In this document: positions 10,458 to 23,600 of the stretch, piece by piece
Layout: each line of letters opens with the position of its first letter
Numbering within the stretch: position 1 is the stretch's first letter
Assembly: GCF_009914755.1 (NCBI RefSeq)
Contig: NC_060934.1
Reading direction: 5' to 3' (one strand)
From: the human T2T-CHM13v2.0 reference genome, Homo sapiens
Length of the DNA: 64,000 bases
Program-made: the position numbers and the translations under genes
Notes under the pieces: model-generated
Databases searched by the model: none
What the model was told of the DNA's origin: nothing
The model's input: only the letters and a program-made list of their open reading frames with translations

Positions 10458-13173
10458 GAATTCTCAGTCACATCTTTGTGTTGTGTGTATTCAAGTCACA
10501 GAGTTGAACCTTCCTTTAGACAGAGCAGTTTTGAAAAATTCTTTCTGTGGAGTTTGCAAGTGGAGATTTCAAGCGATTTGAGGCTAATCTTTGAAATGGA
10601 AATATCTTCGTGTAAAAACTACACAGAATCATTCTCAGAAACTGCTTTGTCATCTGTGCGTTCAGTTCACAGAGTTTCACCTTTCTCTTCATAGAGCAGT
10701 TTGGAAAGACTCTGTCTGTAAAGTCTGCAAGTGATTAGTTAGACCCCTTTGAGGCCTTCGTTGGAAGCGGGATTTCTCATTTACTGCTAGACAGAAGAAT
10801 TCTCAGTAAATCCTTTGTGTTGTGTGTATTCAACTCACAGAGTGGAACCTTCCTTTATTCAGAGCAGTTTTGAAACACTCTTTTTGTGGAATTTGCAAGT
10901 GGAGATTTCAAGCGATTTGACGCCAATCTTAGACATGGAAATATCTTCATATTAAAAGTACACAGAGTCATTCGTAGAAACTAGTTTGTGATGTGTGCCT
11001 TCAACTCACAGAGTTTAACCTTTCTTTTCATAGAGCAGTTGGGAAACACTCTATTTGTAAAGTCTGCAAGTGGATATTTGGACCTCTTTGAGGCCTTCGT
11101 TGGAAACGGGATTTCTTCATATAACGCTAGACAGAAGAATTCTCAGTAACTTCTTTGTGTTGTGTGTATTCAACTCACAGAGTTGAACCTTTCTTTAGAG
11201 GGAGCAGAGGTGAAACAGTCTTTTTGTGGAATTTGCTAGTGTAGATTTCAAACGCTTCGAAGTCAGTGATAGAAAAGGATATATCTTCGTATTAAAAGTA
11301 GACAAAATCATTCTCAGAAAACTCTTTGTGATGTGTGTGTTCAACTCACAGAGTTTAACCTTTCTTTAATCGAGCAGTTTGGAAATACACTCTTTGTAAG
11401 TCTGCAGGTGGATATTTGGCCCTCTTTGAGCCCTTCTTTGGAAACGGGATTTCCTCTTATAATGCTAGACAGAAGAATTCTCAGTAACTTCTCTGTGTTG
11501 TTTGTATTCAACACACAGATTTGAACCTTCCTTTGGAGAGAACAGATTTGAAACACTCTGTTTTTGGAATTTGCAAGTGCAGATTTCAAGCGCTTCTAGG
11601 CCTATGGCAGAAAAGGAAATATCTTCGTATAAAAACTACACAGAATCATTCTCAACAACTACTTTGTGATGTGTGCGTTCAACTCACAGAGTTTAACCTT
11701 TCTTTTCATAGAGCAGTTTGGAAACACTCTGTTTGTAAAGCCTGCAAGTGCTTTTTTCGACTTCATTGAGGCCTTCGTTGGAAACGGGATTTCTTCATAC
11801 AACGCTAGACAGAAGAATTCTCAGTAACTTCTTTGTGTTGTGTGTATTGAACTCACAGAGTTGAACCTTTCTTTAGAGAGAGCAGAGTTGAAACACTCTG
11901 TTTTTGGAATTTGCAAGTGCAGATTTCAAGCGATTCTAGGCCTATGGCAGAAAAGGAAATATCTTCGTATAAAAACTACACAGAATCATTCTCAACAACT
12001 ACTTTGTGATGTGTGCGTTCAACTCACAGAGTTTAACCTTTCTTTTCATAGAGCAGTTTGGAAACACTCTGTTTGTAAAGCCTGCAAGTGCTTTTTTGGA
12101 CTTCATTGAGGCCTTCTTTGGAAACGGGATTTCTTCATATAATGCTAGACAGAAGAATTCTCAGTCACTTCTTTGTGTTGTGTGTATTCAAGTCACAGAG
12201 TTGAACCTTCCTTTAGACAGAGCAGTTTTGAAAAATTCTTTCTGTGGAGTTTGCAAGTGGAGATTTCCAGCGATTTGAGGCTAATCTTTGAAATGGAAAT
12301 ATCTTCGTGTAAAAACTACACAGAATCATTCTCAGAAACTGCTTTGTCATCTGTGCGTTCAGTTCACAGAGTTTCACCTTTCTCTTCATAGAGCAGTTTG
12401 GAAAGACTCTGTCTGTAAAGTCTGCAAGTGATTAGTTAGACCCCTTTGAGGCCTTCGTTGGAAGCGGGATTTCTCATTTACTGCTAGACAGAAGAATTCT
12501 CAGTAAATCCTTTGTGTTGTGTGTATTCAACTCACAGAGTGGAACCTTCCTTTATTCAGAGCAGTTTTGAAACACTCTTTTTGTGGAATTTGCAAGTGGA
12601 GATTTCAAGCGATTTGACGCCAATCTTAGACATGGAAATATCTTCATATTAAAAGTACACAGAGTCATTCGTAGAAACTAGTTTGTGATGTGTGCCTTCA
12701 ACTCACAGAGTTTAACCTTTCTTTTCATAGAGCAGTTTGGAAACACTCTATTTGTAAAGTCTGCAAGTGGATATTTGGACCTCTTTGAGGCCTTCGTTGG
12801 AAACGGGATTTCTTCATACAACGCTAGACAGAAGAATTCTCAGTAACTTCTTTGTGTTGTGTGTATTCAACTCACAGAGTTGAACCTTTCTTTAGAGAGA
12901 GCAGAGTTGAAACACTCTGTTTTTGGAATTTGCAACTGCAGATTTCAAGCGATTCTAGGCCTATGGCAGAAAAGGAAATATCTTCGTATAAAAACTACAC
13001 AGAATCATTCTCAACAACTACTTTGTGATGTGTGCGTTCAACTCACAGAGTTTAACCTTTCTTTTCATAGAGCAGTTTGGAAACACTCTGTTTGTAAAGC
13101 CTGCAAGTGCTTTTTTGGACTTCATTGAGGCCTTCGTTGGAAACAGGATTTCTTCATATAATGCTAGACAGAA

Positions 13174-16100
13174 GAATTCTCAGTCACTTCTTTGTGTTGT
13201 GTGTATTCAAGTCACAGAGTTGAACCTTCCTTTAGACAGAGCAGTTTTGAGAAATTCTTTCTGTGGAATTTGCAAGTGGAGATTTCAAGCGATTTGAGGC
13301 TAATCTTTGAAATGGAAATATCTTCGTGTAAAAACTACACAGAATCATTCTCAGAAACTGCTTTGTCATCTGTGCGTTCAGTTCACAGAGTTTCACCTTT
13401 CTCTTCATAGAGCAGTTTGGAAAGACTCTGTCTGTAAAGTCTGCAAGTGATTCGTTAGACCCCTTTGAGGCCTTCGTTGGAAGCGGGATTTCTCATTTAC
13501 TGCTAGACAGAAGAATTCTCAGTAAATCCTTTGTGTTGTGTGTATTCAACTCACAGAGTGGAACCTTCCTTTATTCAGAGCAGTTTTGAAACACTCTTTT
13601 TGTGGAATTTGCAAGTGGAGATTTCAAGCGATTTGACGCCAATCTTAGACATGGAAATATCTTCATATTAAAAGTACACAGAGTCATTCGTAGAAACTAG
13701 TTTGTGATGTGTGCCTTCAACTCACAGAGTTTAACCTTTCTTTTCATAGAGCAGTTGGGAAACACTCTATTTGTAAAGTCTGCAAGTGGATATTTGGACC
13801 TCTTTGAGGCCTTCGTTGGAAACGGGATTTCTTCATATAACGCTAGACAGAAGAATTCTCAGTAACTTCTTTGTGTTGTGTGTATTCAACTCACAGAGTT
13901 GAACCTTTCTTTAGAGGGAGCAGAGGTGAAACAGTCTTTTTGTGGAATTTGCTAGTGTAGATTTCAAACGCTTCGAAGTCAGTGATAGAAAAGGATATAT
14001 CTTCGTATTAAAAGTAGACAAAATCATTCTCAGAAAACTCTTTGTGATGTGTGTGTTCAACTCACAGAGTTTAACCTTTCTTTAATCGAGCAGTTTGGAA
14101 ATACACTCTTTGTAAGTCTGCAGGTGGATATTTGGCCCTCTTTGAGCCCTTCTTTGGAAACGGGATTTCCTCTTATAATGCTAGACAGAAGAATTCTCAG
14201 TAACTTCTCTGTGTTGTTTGTATTCAACACACGGATTTGAACCTTCCTTTGGAGAGAACAGATTTGAAACACTCTGTTTTTGGAATTTGCAAGTGCAGAT
14301 TTCAAGCGCTTCTAGGCCTATGGCAGAAAAGGAAATATCTTCGTATAAAAACTACACAGAATCATTCTCAACAACTACTTTGTGATGTGTGCGTTCAACT
14401 CACAGAATTTAACCTTTCTTTTCATAGAGCAGTTTGGAAACACTCTGTTTGTAAAGCCTGCAAGTGCTTTTTTCGACTTCATTGAGGCCTTCGTTGGAAA
14501 CGGGATTTCTTCATACAACGCTAGACAGAAGAATTCTCAGTAACTTCTTTGTGTTGTGTGTATTCAACTCACAGAGTTGAACCTTTCTTTAGAGAGAGCA
14601 GAGTTGAAACACTCTGTTTTTGGAATTTGCAAGTGCAGATTTCAAGCGATTCTAGGCCTATGGCAGAAAAGGAAATATCTTCGTATAAAAACTACACAGA
14701 ATCATTCTCAACAACTACTTTGTAATGTGTGCGTTCAACTCACAGAGTTTAACCTTTCTTTTCATAGAGCAGTTTGGAAACACTCTGTTTGTAAAGCCTG
14801 CAAGTGCTTTTTTGGACTTCATTGAGGCCTTCGTTGGAAACGGGATTTCTTCATATAATGCTAGACAGAAGAATTCTCAGTCACTTCTTTGTGTTGTGTG
14901 TATTCAAGTCACAGAGTTGAACCTTCCTTTAGACAGAGCAGTTTTGAAAAATTCTTTCTGTGGAGTTTGCAAGTGGAGATTTCAAGCGATTTGAGGCTAA
15001 TCTTTGAAATGGAAATATCTTCGTGTAAAAACTACACAGAATCATTCTCAGAAACTGCTTTGTCATCTGTGCGTTCAGTTCACAGAGTTTCACCTTTCTC
15101 TTCATAGAGCAGTTTGGAAAGACTCTGTCTGTAAAGTCTGCAAGTGACTAGTTAGAACCCTTTGAGGCCTTCGTTGGAAGCGGGATTTCTCATTTACTGC
15201 TAGACAGAAGAATTCTCAGTAAATCCTTTGTGTTGTGTGTATTCAACTCACAGAGTGGAACCTTCCTTTATTCAGAGCAGTTTTGAAACACTCTTTTTGT
15301 GGAATTTGCAAGTGGAGATTTCAAGCGATTTGACGCCAATCTTAGACATGGAAATATCTTCATATTAAAAGTACACAGAGTCATTCGTAGAAACTAGTTT
15401 GTGATGTGTGCCTTCAACTCACAGAGTTTAACCTTTCTTTTCATAGAGCAGTTGGGAAACACTCTATTTGTAAAGTCTGCAAGTGGATATTTGGACCTCT
15501 TTGAGGCCTTCGTTGGAAACGGGATTTCTTCATATAACGCTAGACAGAAGAATTCTCAGTAACTTCTTTGTGTTGTGTGTATTCAACTCACAGAGTTGAA
15601 CCTTTCTTTAGAGGGAGCAGAGGTGAAACACTCTTTTTGTGGAATTTGCTAGTGTAGATTTCAAACGCTTCGAAGACAGTGATAGAAAAGGATATATCTT
15701 CGTATTAAAAGTAGACAAAATCATTCTCAGAAAACTCTTTGTGATGTGTGTGTTCAACTCACAGAGTTTAACCTTTCTTTAATCGAGCAGTTTGGAAATA
15801 CACTCTTTGTAAGTCTGCAGGTGGATATTTGGCCCTCTTTGAGCCCTTCGTTGGAAACGGGATTTCCTCATATAATGCTAGACAGAAGAATTCTCAGTAA
15901 CTTCTTTGTGTTGTTTGTATTCAACACACAGATTTGAACCTTCCTTTAGAGAGAGCAGATTTGAAACACTCTGTTTTTGGAATTTGCAAGTGCAGATTTC
16001 AAGCGCTTCTAGGCCTATGGCAGAAAAGGAAATATCTTCGTATAAAAACTACACAGAATCATTCTCAACAACTACTTTGTGATGTGTGCGTTCAACTCAC

Positions 16101-18264
16101 AGAGGTAAACCTTTCTTTTCATAGAGCAGTTTGGAAACACTCTGTTTGTAAAGCCTGCAAGTGCTTTTTTGGACTTCATTGAGGCCTTCGTTGGAAACGG
16201 GATTTCTTCATACAACGCTAGACAGAAGAATTCTCAGTAACTTCTTTGTGTTGTGTGTATTCAACTCACAGAGTTGAACCTTTCTTTAGAGAGAACAGAG
16301 TTGAAACACTCTGTTTTTGGAATTTGCAAGTGCAGATTTCAAGCGATTCTAGGCCTACGGCAGAAAAGGAAATATCTTCGTATAAAAACTACACAGAATC
16401 ATTCTCAACAACTACTTTGTGATGTGTGCGTTCCACTCACAGAGTTTAACCTTTCTTTTCATAGAGCAGTTTGGAAACACTCTGTTTGTAAAGCCTGCAA
16501 GTGCTTTTTTGGACTTCATTGAGGCCTTCGTTGGAAACAGGATTTCTTCATATAATGCTAGACAGAAGAATTCTCAGTCACTTCTTTGTGTTGTGTGTAT
16601 TCAAGTCACAGAGTTGAACCTTCCTTTAGACAGAGCAGTTTTGAGAAATTCTTTCTTTGGAATTTGCAAGTGGAGATTTCAAGCGATTTGAGGCTAATCT
16701 TTGAAATGGAAATATCTTCGTGTAAAAACTACACAGAATCATTCTCAGAAACTGCTTTGTCATCTGTGCGTTCAGTTCACAGAGTTTCACCTTTCTCTTC
16801 ATAGAGCAGTTTGGAAAGACTCTGTCTGTATAGTCTGCAAGTGATTAGTTAGACCCCTTTGAGGCCTTCGTTGGAAGCGGGATTTCTCATTTACTGCTAG
16901 ACAGAAGAATTCTCAGTAAATCCTTTGTGTTGTGTGTATTCAACTCACAGAGTGGAACCTTCCTTTATTCAGAGCAGTTTTGAAACACTCTTTTTGTGGA
17001 ATTTGCAAGTGGAGATTTCAAGCGATTTGACGTCAATCTTAGACATGGAAATATCTTCATATTAAAAGTACACAGAGTCATTCGTAGAAACTAGTTTGTG
17101 ATGTGTGCCTTCAACTCACAGAGTTTAACCTTTCTTTTCATAGAGCAGTTGGGAAACACTCTATTTGTAAAGTCTGCAAGTGGATATTTGGACCTCTTTG
17201 AGGCCTTCGTTGGAAACGGGATTTCTTCATATAACGCTAGACAGAAGAATTCTCAGTAACTTCTTTGTGTTGTGTGTTTTCAACTCACAGAGTTGAACCT
17301 TTCTTTAGAGGGAGCAGAGGTGAAACACTCTTTTTGTGGAATTTGCTAGTGTAGATTTCAAACGCTTCGAAGACAGTGATAGAAAAGGATATATCTTCGT
17401 ATTAAAAGTAGACAAAATCATTCTCAGAAAACTCTTTGTGATGTGTGTGTTCAACTCACAGAGTTTAACCTTTCTTTAATCGAGCAGTTTGGAAATACAC
17501 TCTTTGTAAGTCTGCAGGTGGATATTTGGCCCTCTTTGAGCCCTTCGTTGGAAACGGGATTTCCTCATATAATGCTAGACAGAAGAATTCTCAGTAACTT
17601 CTTTGTGTTGTTTGTATTCAACACACAGATTTGAACCTTCCTTTAGAGAGAGCAGATTTGAAACACTCTGTTTTTGGAATTTGCAAGTGCAGATTTCAAG
17701 CACTTCTAGGCCTATGGCAGAAAAGGAAATATCTTCGTATAAAAACTACACAGAATCATTCTCAACAACTACTTTGTGATGTGTGCGTTCAACTCACAGA
17801 GGTAAACCTTTCTTTTCATAGAGCAGTTTGGAAACACTCTGTTTGTAAAGCCTGCAAGTGCTTTTTTGGACTTCATTGAGGCCTTCGTTGGAAACGGGAT
17901 TTCTTCATACAACGCTAGACAGAAGAATTCTCAGTAACTTCTTTGTGTTGTGTGTATTCAACTCACAGAGTTGAACCTTTCTTTAGAGAGAACAGAGTTG
18001 AAACACTCTGTTTTTGGAATTTGCAAGTGCAGATTTTAAGCGATTCTAGGCCTACGGCAGAAAAGGAAATATCTTCGTATAAAAACTACACAGAATCATT
18101 CTCAACAACTACTTTGTGATGTGTGCGTTCAACTCACAGAGTTTAACCTTTCTTTTCATAGAGCAGTTTGGAAACACTCTGTTTGTAAAGCCTGCAAGTG
18201 CTTTTTTCGACTTCATTGAGGCCTTCGTTGGAAACGGGATTTCTTCATACAACGCTAGACAGAA
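13174..18264 (+). repeat. Run of three consecutive 10-mer HORs
   Basis: Dimer-B markers at 13192, 14889, 16586, 18283, each 1697 bp apart. Confidence 0.93.
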
Positions 18265-20258
18265 GAATTCTCAGTAACTTCTTTGTGTTGTGTGTATTCA
18301 AGTCACAGAGTTGAACCTTCCTTTAGACAGAGCAGTTTTGAAAAATTCTTTCTGTGGAATTTGCAAGTGGAGATTTCAAGCGATTTGAGGCTAATCTTTG
18401 AAATGGAAATATCTTCGTGTAAAAACTACACAGAATCATTCTCAGAAACTGCTTTGTCATCTGTGCGTTCAGTTCACAGAGTTTCACCTTTCTCTTCATA
18501 GAGCAGTTTGGAAAGACTCTGTCTGTAAAGTCTGCAAGTGATTAGTTAGAACCCTTTGAGGCCTTCGTTGGAAGCGGGATTTCTCATTTACTGCTAGACA
18601 GAAGAATTCTCAGTAAATCCTTTGTGTTGTGTGTATTCAACTCACAGAGTGGAACCTTCCTTTATTCAGAGCAGTTTTGAAACACTCTTTTTGTGGAATT
18701 TGCAAGTGGAGATTTCAAGCGATTTGACGCCAATCTTAGACATGGAAATATCTTCATATTAAAAGTACACAGAGTCATTCGTAGAAACTAGTTTGTGATG
18801 TGTGCCTTCAACTCACAGAGTTTAACCTTTCTTTTCATAGAGCAGTTGGGAAACACTCTATTTGTAAAGTCTGCAAGTGGATATTTGGACCTCTTTGAGG
18901 CCTTCGTTGGAAACGGGATTTCTTCATATAACGCTAGACAGAAGAATTCTCAGTAACTTCTTTGTGTTGTGTGTATTCAACTCACAGAGTTGAACCTTTC
19001 TTTAGAGGGAGCAGAGGTGAAACACTCTTTTTGTGGAATTTGCTAGTGTAGATTTCAAACGCTTCGAAGACAGTGATAGAAAAGGATATATCTTCGTATT
19101 AAAAGTAGACAAAATCATTCTCAGAAAACTCTTTGTGATGTGTGTGTTCAACTCACAGAGTTTAACCTTTCTTAAATCGAGCAGTTTGGAAACACACTCT
19201 TTGTAAGTCTGCAGGTGGATATTTGGCCCTCATTGAGCCCTTCATTGGAAACGGGATTTCCTCATATAATGCTAGACAGAAGAATTCTCAGTAACTTCTT
19301 TGTGTTGTTTGTATTCAACACACAGATTTGAACCTTCCTTTAGAGAGAGCAGATTTGAAACACTCTGTTTTTGGAATTTGCAAGTGCAGATTTCAAGCGC
19401 TTCTAGGCCTATGGCAGAAAAGGAAATATCTTCGTATAAAAACTACACAGAATCATTCTCAACAACTACTTTGTGATGTGTGCGTTCAACTCACAGAGGT
19501 TAACCTTTCTTTTCATAGAGCAGTTTGGAAACACTCTGTTTGTAAAGCCTGCAAGTGCTTTTTTGGACTTCATTGAGGCCTTCGTTGGAAACGGGATTTC
19601 TTCATATAATGCTAGACAGAAGAATTCTCAGTCACTTCTTTGTGTTGTGTGTATTCAAGTCACAGAGTTGAACCTTCCCTTAGACAGAGCAGTTTTGAAA
19701 AATTCTTTCTGTGGAATTTGCAAGTGGAGATTTCAAGCGATTTGAGGCTAATCTTTGAAATGGAAATATCTTCGTGTAAAAACTACACAGAATCATTCTC
19801 AGAAACTGCTTTGTCATCTGTGCGTTCAGTTCACAGAGTTTCACCTTTCTCTTCATAGAGCAGTTTGGAAAGACTCTGTCTGTAAAGTCTGCAAGTGATT
19901 AGTTAGACCCCTTTGAGGCCTTCGTTGGAAGCGGGATTTCTCATTTACTGCTAGACAGAAGAATTCTCAGTAAATCCTTTGTGTTGTGTGTATTCAACTC
20001 ACAGAGTGGAACCTTCCTTTATTCAGAGCAGTTTTGAAACACTCTTTTTGTGGAATTTGCAAGTGGAGATTTCAAGCGATTTGACGCCAATCTTAGACAT
20101 GGAAATATCTTCATATTAAAAGTACACAGAATCATTCGTAGAAACTAGTTTGTGATGTGTGCCTTCAACTCACAGAGTTTAACCTTTCTTTTCATAGAGC
20201 AGTTCGGAAACATTCTATTTGTAAAGTCTGCAAGTGGATATTTGGACCTCTTTGAGGC

Positions 20259-20275
20259 CTTCGTTGGAAAAGGGA
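20259..20275 (+). promoter_or_regulatory. Disrupted CENP-B box of the variant HOR haplotype, dimer C (CTTCGTTGGAAAAGGGA)
   Basis: CGGG core changed to AGGG; recurs near 26715, 35540, 39950, 45380, 48775, 53185, 56240, 59295, 63705. Confidence 0.88.
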
Positions 20276-20596
20276 TTTCTTCATATAACGCTAGACAGAA
20301 GAATTCTCAGTAACTTCTTTGTGTTGTGTGTATTCAACTCACAGAGTTGAACCTTTCTTTAGAGAGAGCAGAGTTGAAACACTCTTTTTGTGGAATTTGC
20401 TAGTGCAGATTTCAAACGCTTCGAAGACAATGATAGAAAAGGATATATCTTCGTATTAAAACTAGACAAAATCATTCTCAGAAAACACTTTGTGATGTGT
20501 GTGTTCAACTCACAGAGTTTAACCTTTCTTTAATCGAGCAGTTTGGAAATACACTCTTTGTAAGTCTGCAGGTGGATAATTGGCCCTCTTTGAGCC

Positions 20597-20613
20597 CTTC
20601 ATTGGAAACGGGA
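20597..20613 (+). promoter_or_regulatory. Disrupted CENP-B box of the variant HOR haplotype, dimer D (CTTCATTGGAAACGGGA)
   Basis: TTCG core changed to TTCA; linked to the upstream ggataattgg variant. Confidence 0.88.
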
Positions 20614-23600
20614 TTTCCTCATATAATGCTAGACAGAAGAATTCTCAGTAACTTCTTTGTGTTGTGTGTATTCAACTCACAGATTTGAACCTTCCTTTAG
20701 AGAGAGCAGATTTGAAACACTCTGTTTTTGGAATTTGCAAGTGCAGATTTCAAGCGCTTCTAGGCCTATGGCAGAAAAGTAAATATCTTCGTATAAAAAC
20801 TACACAGAATCATTCTCAACAACTACTTTGTGATGTGTGCGTTAAACTCACAGAGTTTAACCTTTCTTTTCATAGAGCAGTTTGGAAACACTCTGTTTGT
20901 AAAGCCTGCAAGTGCTTTTTTGGACTTCATTGAGGCCTTCGTTGGAAACGGGATTTCTTCATATAATGCTAGACAGAAGAATTCTCAGTCACTTCTTTGT
21001 GTTGTGTGTATTCAAGTCACAGAGTTGAACCTTCCTTTAGACAGAGCAGTTTTGAAAAATTCTTTCTGTGGAGTTTGCAAGTGGAGATTTCAAGCGATTT
21101 GAGGCTAATCTTTGAAATGGAAATATCTTCGTGTAAAAACTACACAGAATCATTCTCAGAAACTGCTTTGTCATCTGTGCGTTCAGTTCACAGAGTTTCA
21201 CCTTTCTCTTCATAGAGCAGTTTGGAAAGACTCTGTCTGTAAAGTCTGCAAGTGATTAGTTAGACCCCTTTGAGGCCTTCGTTGGAAGCGGGATTTCTCA
21301 TTTACTGCTAGACAGAAGAATTCTCAGTAAATCCTTTGTGTTGTGTGTATTCAACTGACAGAGTGGAACCTTCCTTTATTCAGAGCAGTTTTGAAAAACA
21401 CTTTTTGTGGAATTTGCAAGTGGAGATTTCAAGCGATTTGACGCCAATCTTAGACATGGAAATATCTTCATATTAAAAGTACACAGAGTCATTCGTAGAA
21501 ACTAGTTTGTGATGTGTGCCTTCAACTCACAGAGTTTAACCTTTCTTTTCATAGAGCAGTTTGGAAACACTCTATTTGTAAAGTCTGCAAGTGGATATTT
21601 GGACCTCTTTGAGGCCTTCGTTGGAAACGGGATTTCTTCATACAACGCTAGACAGAAGAATTCTCAGTAACTTCTTTGTGTTGTGTGTATTCAACTCACA
21701 GAGTTGAACCTTTCTTTAGAGAGAGCAGAGTTGAAACACTCTGTTTTTGGAATTTGCAAGTGCAGATTTCAAGCGATTCTAGGCCTATGGCAGAAAAGGA
21801 AATATCTTCGTATAAAAACTACACAGAATCATTCTCAACAACTACTTTGTGATGTGTGCGTTCAACTCACAGAGTTTAACCTTTCTTTTCATAGAGCAGT
21901 TTGGAAACACTCTGTTAGTAAAGCCAGCAAGTGCTTTTTTGGACTTCATTGAGGCCTTCGTTGGAAACGGGATTTCTTCATATAATGCTAGACAGAAGAA
22001 TTCTCAGTCACTTCTTTGTGTTGTGTGTATTCAAGTCACAGAGTTGAACCTTCCTTTAGACAGAGCAGTTTTGAAAAATTCTTTCTGTGGAGTTTGCAAG
22101 GGGAGATTTCCAGCGATTTGAGGCTAATCTTTGAAATGGAAATATCTTCGTGTAAAAACTACACAGAATCATTCTCAGAAACTGCTTTGTCATCTGTGCG
22201 TTCAGTTCACAGAGTTTCACCTTTCTCTTCATAGAGCAGTTTGGAAAGACTCTGTCTGTAAAGTCTGCAAGTGATTAGTTAGACCCCTTTGAGGCCTTCG
22301 TTGGAAGCGGGATTTCTCATTTACTGCTAGACAGAAGAATTCTCAGTAAATCCTTTGTGTTGTGTGTATTCAACTCACAGAGTGGAACCTTCCTTTATTC
22401 AGAGCAGTTTTGAAACACTCTTTTTGTGGAATTTGCAAGTGGAGATTTCAAGCGATTTGACGCCAATCTTAGACATGGAAATATCTTCATATTAAAAGTA
22501 CACAGAGTCATTCGTAGAAACTAGTTTGTGATGTGTGCCTTCAACTCACAGAGTTTAACCTTTCTTTTCATAGAGCAGTTGGGAAACACTCTATTTGTAA
22601 AGTCTGCAAGTGGATATTTGGACCTCTTTGAGGCCTTCGTTGGAAACGGGATTTCTTCATATAACGCTAGACAGAAGAATTCTCAGTAACTTCTTTGTGT
22701 TGTGTGTATTCAACTCACAGAGTTGAACCTTTCTTTAGAGGGAGCAGAGGTGAAACACTCTTTTTGTGGAATTTGCTAGTGTAGATTTCAAACGTTTCGA
22801 AGACAGTGATAGAAAAGGATATATCTTCGTATTAAAAGTAGACAAAATCATTCTCAGAAAACTCTTTGTGATGTGTGTGTTCAACTCACAGAGTTTAACC
22901 TTTCTTTAATCGAGCAGTTTGGAAATACACTCTTTGTAAGTCTGCAGGTGGATATTTGGCCCTCTTTGAGCCCTTCGTTGGAAACGGGATTTCCTCATAT
23001 AATGCTAGACAGAAGAATTCTCAGTAACTTCTTTGTGTTGTTTGTATTCAACACACAGATTTGAACCTTTCTTTAGAGAGAGCAGATTTGAAACACTCTG
23101 TTTTTGGAATTTGCAAGTGCAGATTTCAAGCGCTTCTAGGCCTATGGCAGAAAAGGAAATATCTTCGTATAAAAACTACACAGAATCATTCTCAACAACT
23201 ACTTTGTGATGTGTGCGTTCAACTCACAGAGGTTAACCTTTCTTTTCATAGAGCAGTTTGGAAACACTCTGTTTGTAAAGCCTGCAAGTGCTTTTTTGGA
23301 CTTCATTGAGGCCTTCGTTGGAAACGGGATTTCTTCATATAATGCTAGACAGAAGAATTCTCAGTCACTTCTTTGTGTTGTGTGTATTCAAGTCACAGAG
23401 TTGAACCTTCCTTTAGACAGAGCAGTTTTGAAAAATTCTTTCTGTGGAGTTTGCAAGTGGAGATTTCAAGCGATTTGAGGCTAATCTTTGAAATGGAAAT
23501 ATCTTCGTGTAAAAACTACACAGAATCATTCTCAGAAACTGCTTTGTCATCTGTGCGTTCAGTTCACAGAGTTTCACCTTTCTCTTCATAGAGCAGTTTG

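Noticed and set aside
11341-14305. Two minus-strand ORFs suggesting an inversion or antisense gene
   Set aside because: The plus strand remains in normal alphoid orientation; a shared SNV (ctttGgag) removes a minus-strand stop codon.
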